This document shows, in pieces, positions 16,864 to 24,427 of a stretch of DNA of 64,000 nt. How positions within the stretch are numbered: the stretch's first letter is position 1; every line of letters begins with the position of its first letter. The notes under the pieces were generated by a model. That model worked only from the letters and a program-made list of their open reading frames with translations, did not search any database and was not told the origin of the DNA. The translations under genes were made by a program, and so were the position numbers. This stretch comes from Spirochaetaceae bacterium (lineage in GTDB: Bacteria > Spirochaetota > Spirochaetia > Treponematales > Rectinemataceae), in assembly GCA_025358255.1 (NCBI GenBank), contig JANYKC010000086.1:24698-88697 (forward strand), read 5' to 3'.

Positions 16864-19016
16864 TTTCGCGGGGGCACCGGCATGCCCAGCCGGGAAAGGA
16901 CGTGCCAGGAAGGCACGGGTGCCGGCTTGTAGAATGCGAAGCAGCAGAAGGACGCGATGGGTGCGAGGCGCGCCAGTTCCACCAGGATGGCATGGGCCGA
17001 CGGGCCAACCGCCTCACAACCCCGCATTGTCAGGACCAAGGGTCGCCTCCTCCTGCCCAGCGAAGCAAGGACCAACGCCGATCGCATTGCCCCTTCCGTC
17101 GACTCGGTCCAATCAGGATCTGGCTCCTCCCCGTCTGAACCCAGAAGCAGCGCTCCCAGCGGCGCCGCCGAAAATGCGCCTGCACGGTCAATGAGCCTCA
17201 GTCGCTTCGCAAGCACGGCGCGTGCCTGCGGGGATTCGTAGGAAAGCCCCTCGGCCAGGGAGCTTCGGAGCAACCGGAGGAGATCGGTGGCATCGGCTCC
17301 TGCGCGCACCGTTCCCAAGTCGGCTACAAGGCCTCGCGCGCGGAAACGCGCGAAAATGCGGGCGAAGGCCACGGCACCCGGGCCTGGCGGCGGTTCCTGG
17401 ATGAAGCGGAACGCTCCGGTGCCCTTGAACGCGTGGGTAAACGCCCCTTCCATGCCCGCAACGACAGTTTCAAGCAAGGCCGCGTAGGGCCTCCACGAGA
17501 CGCCCCCGGCATCGACATTTTCCTGGATGAGGTCGGATTTCTTCCGCCGGCGAGGAGCCGGATCAGAGGCAAAGGCACCAACCGTGATGGGTGCGGCCCT
17601 GGGTGGCTCGGGCGTCATGAAGCGCGGTGGCTGACGCGTTGCCTTGCCGACAGCCGGGGCCTCGGTTGAGGTGGCAGCGGAACCTGCCTTGCCCGCCACA
17701 GGGCCGTTCTCGGTGTCAAAGCCCTTGCCGGCACCTGGGACACCGGCATCACCACCTTCAGCGATTGGCGGCGGCCTAAGCCCGTCTTCATGCCCGGCCG
17801 CCGCCTTCCCGCGCGTGGACAGGATCGTCGGGGCTGGGCTTTCTGGGATCGGTGCATTGGGGCGCCTTGAAGCCGTCTCGCCCTTGAGGCTCCTGACCGC
17901 CTCTTCTATATAGCTGTCCAGGTTCCGGCGGCCATCGTCCTCATCCCCCTCTGCCTCGGCGGCTTCCATCCGGTCCACTTCCGTGGGGGACTCGAAATCC
18001 TCCACAGGGAAAAGAAGGATTGGACCGGGAGTCGATGGAGCCATCCAAGCCTGGGAAAGGGAACGGAAATAGTCTGCGGTATCGAGGCTTTTTATGGCTT
18101 GGGTGGCGTCCACCCTGTCCTTTCCAAGGTTCAGGACAAGAAGCTCGGCGACGGGATCCACTTCTCCCCGCGCCAGGATATCCCGACGCCTCTCGTCCAT
18201 GAAGGCCCGTAGCTCCGCGATCAGCTCCAGCACCTCCGAAGGCCTTTGCCTCGGATCTTTTCGCAGCGCCTTGAGGACAACCCTCGATACCGAAAGGGGC
18301 ACGCCACGGCGAGAAAGCGCTTTGGAGACATAGGAAAGGCTCACTGAACCCGTTTTTGCCCGCTTCGCGGTCGAATAGGGCAACTTCCCGACAATAAAGC
18401 GGAATAGATGGACTGCCAGCGAATAGATGTCGCTCCGCCGGTCACCTTTGCTCCCTGACTTGATCTCGGGCGCGACGTATGCCCAGTTCTCGAAGATGCT
18501 TCGCGCATCTGTTTCGGCCAGGTAGCGAAGGAAAGGCAGGTAGCCGGGCTTTTGGATGCGTATCGTATCCACGATTCCGGCTTGGCACGTCACCAGGACA
18601 TTCTCGGCATTGAGGCAGCCATAGACAATGCCGCGTTTGTGGAAGGCATCGAGCCCTTGGCCAAGCTCGATGACGAAGCGGCAGGCATGCTCCAGCCTGA
18701 TTTGCGGGGAAGCGCCATAGTAGGCCAAAAGATGGCGCTGGCCGCCGAACTCCGCCCCAATAAAGCTTCGTTCACCCCAGCGCTCGATCTCGACAAAGTC
18801 CATGATCGCGGGAGCGGTTATGGAATAGGAATCCATCGCCAGCTTCCTGAACTCATCCAATCCGGCTTCGAAACCCATGCCTGTCTTGATGAAGCGGAGC
18901 AGGAACTGCGTGGCCGAATATATCGAACTCGCCCTCCATAGCTCGCAGACACTGTCTTCCCCGAGATTTTCCTGGAGGATATAGCACTGATTGACCATCA
19001 ACCGGGGCTCAAGCAT
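16857..19016 (-). CDS. Hanks-type Ser/Thr protein pseudokinase with a degenerate AAA_16/STAND-like C-terminal region
   Basis: Kinase fold landmarks retained (APE: YVAPEIKSG; DIYSLAVHLF; DPRQRPS). The catalytic loop is HKRGIVYGCLNAEN (no Asp) and there is no DFG. In the C-terminal region, EPPPGPGA replaces a P-loop and LVLTMRGCE replaces Walker B. ATG at 19016 chosen because the TTG at 19061 lies inside a terminator. Confidence 0.7.
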   Translation of the reverse strand: MLEPRLMVNQCYILQENLGEDSVCELWRASSIYSATQFLLRFIKTGMGFEAGLDEFRKLAMDSYSITAPAIMDFVEIERWGERSFIGAEFGGQRHLLAYYGASPQIRLEHACRFVIELGQGLDAFHKRGIVYGCLNAENVLVTCQAGIVDTIRIQKPGYLPFLRYLAETDARSIFENWAYVAPEIKSGSKGDRRSDIYSLAVHLFRFIVGKLPYSTAKRAKTGSVSLSYVSKALSRRGVPLSVSRVVLKALRKDPRQRPSEVLELIAELRAFMDERRRDILARGEVDPVAELLVLNLGKDRVDATQAIKSLDTADYFRSLSQAWMAPSTPGPILLFPVEDFESPTEVDRMEAAEAEGDEDDGRRNLDSYIEEAVRSLKGETASRRPNAPIPESPAPTILSTRGKAAAGHEDGLRPPPIAEGGDAGVPGAGKGFDTENGPVAGKAGSAATSTEAPAVGKATRQPPRFMTPEPPRAAPITVGAFASDPAPRRRKKSDLIQENVDAGGVSWRPYAALLETVVAGMEGAFTHAFKGTGAFRFIQEPPPGPGAVAFARIFARFRARGLVADLGTVRAGADATDLLRLLRSSLAEGLSYESPQARAVLAKRLRLIDRAGAFSAAPLGALLLGSDGEEPDPDWTESTEGAMRSALVLASLGRRRRPLVLTMRGCEAVGPSAHAILVELARLAPIASFCCFAFYKPAPVPSWHVLSRLGMPVPPRNQ

Positions 19017-19059
19017 GGGAAAAATACCGCCGCCGTGATTGACTTGGGCCACGCGGGCC

Positions 19060-19093
19060 AAAAAAAAGGGGCGGGCCCGATGGAAGCCGCCCC
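19060..19093 (-). terminator. rho-independent terminator after paralogue A
   Basis: Minus strand: GGGGCGG...CCGCCCC 7-bp GC stem followed by 8 U. Confidence 0.75.
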
Positions 19094-19116
19094 CTCATGT
19101 TCAAGAAAGCCGTTTC

Positions 19117-19818
19117 CTAGATGTCGATCTTCGGGACGTTCGGCATGATTTCATTCTTGGTATAGTCGCCGCGCACAAGGAGGACATCGGGGATGGACTC
19201 GTTGAGCTTCTTGGTCATGTCCAGGAACTTGCCGCGGATATTGTTCGCTTGGAGGGCGACGTCCTGTATCTCACGGGACGGCATCGGCTTCTGGGGTTCG
19301 ATGAGACCCGCGACCCGGTCGAGGGTGGACAGGACGGTCCGGTTCAAAGGCTCCATCTGGTCCTTCGACTTGTCGAGGTGCTTTCCAAGGTTGTTCACGT
19401 CATTGACCGTAAGGGGATAGAGGCGGTAGCCCTCTTCCGGGACGGCATAGCAGAACGAGAGCAATCCATAGATTATGACCAAGGCCTTCGGATAGACCTC
19501 TCCGGACTTCCACTTCGTCAGCATCCGGAAGCATTCCTGGAGCATGAAGGTGTTCGGCTGGATGCTCCCGAACATCTTGGCGGGGTCCTTGTCGCCGATA
19601 AGGGCATCGATGACCCAGCGGTTGCCGGATTCGATAAGGTGGAAGAAAATGGGATAGTTGTCAGGAGTAAGACCGACCTTGTTTACGAGGTAGTGGGCGA
19701 AAGCGACGGCGGCAAACGCGCTGTATCCATCGCCGCTCGTGATTATGTCGTTTATGTAGCCGAGCGCGAGGTTATCGATCTCACCCTCGGACCAGAGCGG
19801 CCAAGCGGAACCGGACAT
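19117..19818 (-). CDS. uncharacterised paralogue family protein, copy A (233 aa)
   Basis: Aligns end to end with the ORFs at 19881, 20613 and 23326 (NYPIFF, WVIDAL, IQPN, EVYP, EGYRLY, DVNNLGKHL, NRTVL, NNIR, IPDVLL). GGAGG upstream of the start. Confidence 0.8.
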   Translation of the reverse strand: MSGSAWPLWSEGEIDNLALGYINDIITSGDGYSAFAAVAFAHYLVNKVGLTPDNYPIFFHLIESGNRWVIDALIGDKDPAKMFGSIQPNTFMLQECFRMLTKWKSGEVYPKALVIIYGLLSFCYAVPEEGYRLYPLTVNDVNNLGKHLDKSKDQMEPLNRTVLSTLDRVAGLIEPQKPMPSREIQDVALQANNIRGKFLDMTKKLNESIPDVLLVRGDYTKNEIMPNVPKIDI

Positions 19819-19841
19819 CCTTCATCCTCCTCTCTGGATAG

Positions 19842-19873
19842 AAAAAAGCGCCGCGCCTTGAAGCGCGGCGCTT
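19842..19873 (-). terminator. rho-independent terminator/attenuator between paralogues B and A
   Basis: Perfect 11-bp stem aagcgccgcgc / gcgcggcgctt with a 6-nt loop and a U-run on the minus strand. Only about 24 nt remain before the copy A start codon. Confidence 0.75.
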
Positions 19874-19880
19874 GGATCGC

Positions 19881-20588
19881 TTACTTCGCGGCCTCTTCCA
19901 CAGGCAACCGCTTGCGGGGCTGGACGTCCTTGTCGAGGTTGGGCTCCGTGCGGAGCAGAACCTCGGGGATGATGTCCACGAGCCGCTTCGTGCTGTCGAA
20001 GAAGTTGTTGCGGATGTTGTGGGCGTGCACGGCCAGGTCTTCCATGTCCTCGTCGATGTTCTGTCCCTCGAGTGAGGAGACCTTGTCGAGGATGTCGAGG
20101 ATGGAGCGGTTCAGGAGATCGTCCTGCCCCTTCTCCTCGTTGAGATGCTTGCCGAGTGCGTTTACGTCCGCGACGGAGGGAGGATAGATCTTGTAGCCAT
20201 CCAGGGGCGAGTTATAGGCCGCCTGGAAGACACCGAGGATGATCCCCAGGGTCTTCGGATAGATCTCGCCCTTGCGGTACTTCGTGAGGATGCTGAAACA
20301 GGTCGCGACGATGAAGTAGTTCGGCTGGATCGAACTCATGAAGAGGAAGGGGTCGCGTGTCCCGAGAAGGGCATCGATCACGTGGTGATTGCGCACGGTG
20401 AGGATGTTGAGGAAAACGGGATAGTTCCCGTTCGTGATCCCCGTGAAATTCAGATAGCTGGCATAGGTAATCGCCGCTTCGACCGCTTCAACCGAGCGGC
20501 AGCCGATGATTCCCTTGAGCATGCTATATTCGATGTTCTGGACTTCGGACTCGTTCCAGTCCTGTTTCTTTTCGAACAGCTCTTTCAT
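19881..20588 (-). CDS. uncharacterised paralogue family protein, copy B (235 aa)
   Basis: Shares the family motifs (NYPVFL, HVIDAL, IQPN, EIYP, DGYKIY, DVNALGKHL, NRSIL, HNIR, IPEVLL). Confidence 0.8.
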   Translation of the reverse strand: MKELFEKKQDWNESEVQNIEYSMLKGIIGCRSVEAVEAAITYASYLNFTGITNGNYPVFLNILTVRNHHVIDALLGTRDPFLFMSSIQPNYFIVATCFSILTKYRKGEIYPKTLGIILGVFQAAYNSPLDGYKIYPPSVADVNALGKHLNEEKGQDDLLNRSILDILDKVSSLEGQNIDEDMEDLAVHAHNIRNNFFDSTKRLVDIIPEVLLRTEPNLDKDVQPRKRLPVEEAAK

Positions 20589-20612
20589 ACGGTAGCTCCT
20601 TTCCTACGCCGG

Positions 20613-21323
20613 TTAGTCTGTGTAAATCTGACGGGGCGCCGTTTCTTTGGCGATGTAGTCAGATTTGACAAGCAGGACTTGCGGAATAACGTCCTCCATC
20701 TTCTTTCTCTTGTCGAAATAGAAGGTACGGATGTTGTTCGCCTGGCGCGCCATCGTTTCCTTCTCGGGATCCCCGGAGGTGCCAGCCAGATGGCCGAGGC
20801 GATCGAGAATGTCGAGGATGCAACGATTGTTCGGATCGTCCTGCCCGGTTTCCTTGTTCAGGTGTTTCCCGAGGTTGTTGACGTCGTTGATGGAGACGGC
20901 ATAGATCTTGTAGCCATCTTTGGGCGACGCGGCAGCTCCCTGGAGAACGCCGAGAACGATGGAGAGCGTGACGGGATAAATTCCGCCCGGGTGCCAGTTG
21001 GTAAGCAGCTTGTAGGCCGTGAAAATGAGATAGCTGTTCGGCTGGATGGGGCTGATGATGAGAAATGGATCCTTCGCACCGACCATCGTATCGATGACCC
21101 AGTGGTTTTCCACCTCAAGCAGCTTGAGGAAGAGGGGATAGTTGTCGTTGCTCAAACCCGACAAGCTCAAGAACCTGGCAAAGCTGATGGAGGCCTCGAC
21201 GGCTTCCTCAGTACGGCTTCCGAGCATGTTCTGCACGATGCCGAGCTCGACCTGCATAATGGTCTCTTTGGACCAGGTCCTTTCATTAACCTTTTCTGTC
21301 TGTTTGTCCATCATGACCTCCAC
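20613..21323 (-). CDS. uncharacterised paralogue family protein, copy C (about 233-236 aa)
   Basis: Shares the family motifs (NYPLFL, WVIDTM, IQPN, GIYP, DGYKIY, DVNNLGKHL, NRCIL, NNIR, IPQVLL). GGAGG lies inside the first codons, so the real start may be the ATG at 21314 or 21311. Confidence 0.8.
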   Translation of the reverse strand: MEVMMDKQTEKVNERTWSKETIMQVELGIVQNMLGSRTEEAVEASISFARFLSLSGLSNDNYPLFLKLLEVENHWVIDTMVGAKDPFLIISPIQPNSYLIFTAYKLLTNWHPGGIYPVTLSIVLGVLQGAAASPKDGYKIYAVSINDVNNLGKHLNKETGQDDPNNRCILDILDRLGHLAGTSGDPEKETMARQANNIRTFYFDKRKKMEDVIPQVLLVKSDYIAKETAPRQIYTD

Positions 21324-21364
21324 ATGGCGATGAACCCACGAGTTGCACTCGATTCCTGCGGAAA

Positions 21365-21393
21365 ATTGTAGGTCGAGGTAGGGACCAAGTCAA
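21365..21393 (-). promoter_or_regulatory. strong sigma-70-type promoter upstream of paralogue C
   Basis: Minus strand: TTGACT, 17 nt, TACAAT, about 40 nt upstream of the copy C start. Preceded by an 8-bp hairpin ccaagtca/tgacttgg. Confidence 0.6.
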
Positions 21394-21410
21394 GGGAATT
21401 CTGACTTGGG

Positions 21411-22331
21411 CTATTTTTTATCCTGATACATGTTGATAAAGCTCGATCCGAACATGGAATAATCGGCGTCGTGGCTTAAATCCTCGCTTTGCGCTGCCGG
21501 CTTGATCATCCGGCGGAAGTACTCGTCGATATAAGCCCGTCGGGAAAGGATATTGGAGGCGATACGGGCCGAGTACTCCTCAGGCTCGGGCAGGAATCCT
21601 TTCAGGACGCCGAGGGCAAGCGCCGAGATCGTATCCGCCGGTATATCGGACAGGGCCTTGAGCCTAGCTTCGAAAACCTCGATGCCGACGCCGTGGAAAT
21701 GATCGGGCCTGAGAAGTGTGAGGAAGCGGGTTTTTTCCTGCCTGAACCAACCGAACTTGTCAGGATTGCCCGTGATTTTCATCTTGTCGGACTCAAGGTC
21801 CGCCTTGTCATAATCGATGGCCACCACAAAAGGCACATTTGCCTTGTTGTGGATGACAAGGTAATTATTTGGGTTCCTGTCCTCGTCGAAATAGAGCCAG
21901 CGATTGACGAGGTCGGCCCGGAGGATGTCCACAAAAGGCTGGGCCAGGTAATTATAGGAAGAAATCTGGATGGAGTTGCGGACAACCTTTGTCGCGCGGT
22001 AGGGCTTGTCGCCGATGCGCACCAAGGTGGTCGGCGCCGCCAGGGTACCCATGGCATGGTCAAGCAGGAAGGCAAGCCCGCAAAGGCGGTGGTAGACAAT
22101 CTCCTTCTCGTTCAGGGCGGGCTTGAGGATCCAGGGATGTCCTTCCCCGTCCTCCGCACCGATGTAGCCCTTCACTTGGGCGTTGAAAGGGACTGCATCC
22201 TGGCTTTCGGTTATGCGGAGCGCGATCCTGTCCAGGTGGAGCCTGAGCTCGAGGGCAGGCAAGCGCAGATAGAAATATTCCACAAGCTCGGCATCCCCGA
22301 CCAGCGCCGCCACTTTTTCCCGCTCATCCAT
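21411..22331 (-). CDS. atypical kinase-like protein (PI3/PI4-kinase-like catalytic core)
   Basis: Candidate ATP lysine in HPWILKPA, Glu in NEKEIVYHR, catalytic loop FDEDRNPNNYLV (compare DRHxxN), metal-binding VAIDYD (compare IDFG). GGAGG 9 nt upstream. 8-nt overlap with the phosphatase gene. Confidence 0.5.
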   Translation of the reverse strand: MDEREKVAALVGDAELVEYFYLRLPALELRLHLDRIALRITESQDAVPFNAQVKGYIGAEDGEGHPWILKPALNEKEIVYHRLCGLAFLLDHAMGTLAAPTTLVRIGDKPYRATKVVRNSIQISSYNYLAQPFVDILRADLVNRWLYFDEDRNPNNYLVIHNKANVPFVVAIDYDKADLESDKMKITGNPDKFGWFRQEKTRFLTLLRPDHFHGVGIEVFEARLKALSDIPADTISALALGVLKGFLPEPEEYSARIASNILSRRAYIDEYFRRMIKPAAQSEDLSHDADYSMFGSSFINMYQDKK

Positions 22332-23280
22332 AATAATAGACCTCCGGCTTCTTGGGGATTCCTACCTTCACGACGAGCTCTCCACCCTCGAAGGTGAGGA
22401 AAGGCGCCTGGCTACCTGATCCCGAGTAGATGATATGATGGTTCTTGATGCCGACCACGTCCTTCCAGAATCCGACCGTGTTGCCATCGCCCCACAAAGG
22501 GTTGTGGCCGACCACGAAATGCGTCTCAGGTGGCATATTGAGCATTTCAAGGGCAAGCTTGATGTCGCGGCCGCCGTATTCCTTGGGGCTTGGGGTTCCG
22601 TCCCGGAATTCGTTGACCCGAGTCCACATGAGCTGGTGGTATTTCTCCGGGTAGCGCCTGATGTCCACAAGCTCCTGCCGATCCAGGCCGCCATGGGGAG
22701 GGCCGGCATGGGTTATGACAAAGTTCTCGCCCATGACAAAGATCGGGAGGGCCTCAAAAAAGCGCTGAACGGCCGCCACGTACTCGGGACCTCGCTTGGC
22801 CAGGAGAAGCATCTTGAATTCAAGGCCTTGGGCTATGCCGCTCTTGCGGAGACGCTCGTCAAAGGTGTCGTGGTTGCCGCGAAGGTAATGGATATGGCCG
22901 TCGTAGCGGTCGAGGAGCCGGAACAGCTCTTCGAGGATTGCGAGGGAGGAATCCATCTCCTTCATGTGTCCGGTACGATCGTCGTGCTCTATGTCGCCGA
23001 CGATGATGCACTCGATGGCACCTGCTTCGAGGTCGGCACGGTTGGTTCCGAAGTCGAAGATCCTGTTGAGATTCTCCAAGTTGGCGTGGAGGTCCCCGAT
23101 GATGATGGGTCTTGCCTTTTTGGGCAATTCGATGAGGCCGCCGGGCCGCTTTTCAGAATCGCCCGGACGATAGGGATCCGATTCGACGACTTCGATGGCC
23201 CTCTCAATGAGGGCAACACCTTCAAGGGGACCCTTCGCGGTCGCTTTCGCCACCCCCGCGGGATCGGGCTTTCGGGACAC
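22324..23280 (-). CDS. PPP/calcineurin-like Ser/Thr (metallo)phosphatase
   Basis: GDLHAN, GDIEHDD, GNHD, ITHAGP and VVGHN motifs in canonical order. GTG start preceded by AGGAGG. Confidence 0.8.
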   Translation of the reverse strand: MSRKPDPAGVAKATAKGPLEGVALIERAIEVVESDPYRPGDSEKRPGGLIELPKKARPIIIGDLHANLENLNRIFDFGTNRADLEAGAIECIIVGDIEHDDRTGHMKEMDSSLAILEELFRLLDRYDGHIHYLRGNHDTFDERLRKSGIAQGLEFKMLLLAKRGPEYVAAVQRFFEALPIFVMGENFVITHAGPPHGGLDRQELVDIRRYPEKYHQLMWTRVNEFRDGTPSPKEYGGRDIKLALEMLNMPPETHFVVGHNPLWGDGNTVGFWKDVVGIKNHHIIYSGSGSQAPFLTFEGGELVVKVGIPKKPEVYYYG

Positions 23281-23325
23281 GAGAACCTCCTGGGGCCGCC
23301 TTCGATCGAGCCCTCGTGAGGACTC

Positions 23326-24285
23326 CTAACTCCTGGAACGCTTCTTTGAAGCCGCCGGCTTGGCGCTCCCTTTCTTCCCCGCCTGCCTTGGCGTCGCCTT
23401 GGATGGCGCTACCTTGACCGGCGGAGCCTTCGCGGGCGCGGCCTTGGCGCTCGGCGTCTTGGCCGTCGGCTCCTTGGCCTCTGGAACCGCGACAGGCACT
23501 TCAGGCTGGGGTACCGTGACAGATACCGGCCCGGTGGTTTCGCGCACGAATCGACCGGCTGAATCCCGCTTTCGCAGCCGCCTATTGGCCACGAGATCGG
23601 CGTAATCCTCTTCAGGCCGAACCTTTCCGTGATCTGGGACCCGGACGAGCAGGGGATGGGGGATTGCGTCGACGAGCTCCCGGGTCGTATCGAAATAGGC
23701 GAATCTGACATTGAATGCATGCTTGGAGAGCACGCTCTTGTCCTGTTCGCCATAATACTCGCCGAGGTGGGTGATCCTGTCAAGAATCTCCAGGATGAGG
23801 CGATTCTGGGCATTGTCCTGTGATTCGTTTTTCAGGAGGAACTTGCCCAGGGCGTTGATGTCCATGATCGTGAGGCGACGGATGCGATATCCGTCGTCTG
23901 GATCGAAATAGGCGCTTTCGATGATGCCGAGCAGGGCTTCAAGGGCCAGGGGATAAAGTTCCTCCGGATGGCGCGAATACAGGGTCTGGAAAGCCAGCTC
24001 GATCAGCTCGGCTTCTGGACGTATCGTGGAGAAGAGGAGCCGTGCCTGACGCTCGTGGAGAAGCTCATCGATCACCCAGGGGTTGTTGGTCATGATGAGG
24101 CGGAGGAAAAGCCAGTAGTTCTCGTTGTTGAGGCCGAAGCGGTTGAGGTAGCGCGCGAAAGCGACGGAACATTCGACCTGGGCTTCGGTCATGCAGGTAA
24201 ATAGGGCTTCCCGCACGTAGAACGCGTTGTCCCGGATGAGTCGCTTGTCGCTGTCTGATATCGCGGACCCGCTCTTTAGTGACAT
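23326..24285 (-). CDS. uncharacterised paralogue family protein, copy D (319 aa) with Ala/Pro/Lys-rich basic C-terminal tail
   Basis: Family motifs present but divergent (NYWLFL, WVIDEL, IRPE, ELYP, DGYRIR, DINALGKFL, NRLIL, FNVR, IPHPLL). Tail reads PEAKEPTAKTPSAKAAPAKAPPVKVAPSKATPRQAGKKGSAKPAASKKRSRS. ATG at 24285 is preceded by AAGGGGAAGGTGGGA. Confidence 0.8.
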   Translation of the reverse strand: MSLKSGSAISDSDKRLIRDNAFYVREALFTCMTEAQVECSVAFARYLNRFGLNNENYWLFLRLIMTNNPWVIDELLHERQARLLFSTIRPEAELIELAFQTLYSRHPEELYPLALEALLGIIESAYFDPDDGYRIRRLTIMDINALGKFLLKNESQDNAQNRLILEILDRITHLGEYYGEQDKSVLSKHAFNVRFAYFDTTRELVDAIPHPLLVRVPDHGKVRPEEDYADLVANRRLRKRDSAGRFVRETTGPVSVTVPQPEVPVAVPEAKEPTAKTPSAKAAPAKAPPVKVAPSKATPRQAGKKGSAKPAASKKRSRS

Positions 24286-24309
24286 TCCCACCTTCCCCTT
24301 ACCGTTATC

Positions 24310-24424
24310 GGCAGGAGAGTCGGGGGGAATGAGCGGTAGGTACCTGGAATCCACGCTGGGAGTATGGCACGGCTTGAATCGAGACGCAACTTGACCGCGA
24401 CCGCACAGGGACAGTAAGGTGCCC
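24310..24424 (+). promoter_or_regulatory. candidate yybP-ykoY (Mn2+) riboswitch in the mntP leader
   Basis: GGAGAGUCG (compare GGGGAGUAG), CACGGCUUGA (compare CCGGCUUUG), UUGACC (compare UUGACA), GGGACAG (compare AAGAC). Possible P1 pairing GGCA...UGCC overlaps the mntP RBS AAGGUG. Confidence 0.4.
24361..24389 (-). promoter_or_regulatory. candidate sigma-70 promoter for the paralogue D-phosphatase-kinase operon
   Basis: Minus strand: TTGCGT, 17 nt, CATACT. Confidence 0.3.
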
Positions 24425-24427
24425 GCA

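Noticed and set aside
24365-24380. TGGCACGGCTTGA in the mntP/paralogue D intergenic region, considered as a sigma-54 promoter.
   Set aside because: The GG-to-GC spacing is 2 nt too short and the -12 element is TTGA. The motif is better explained as part of the riboswitch-like region or the opposite-strand promoter.
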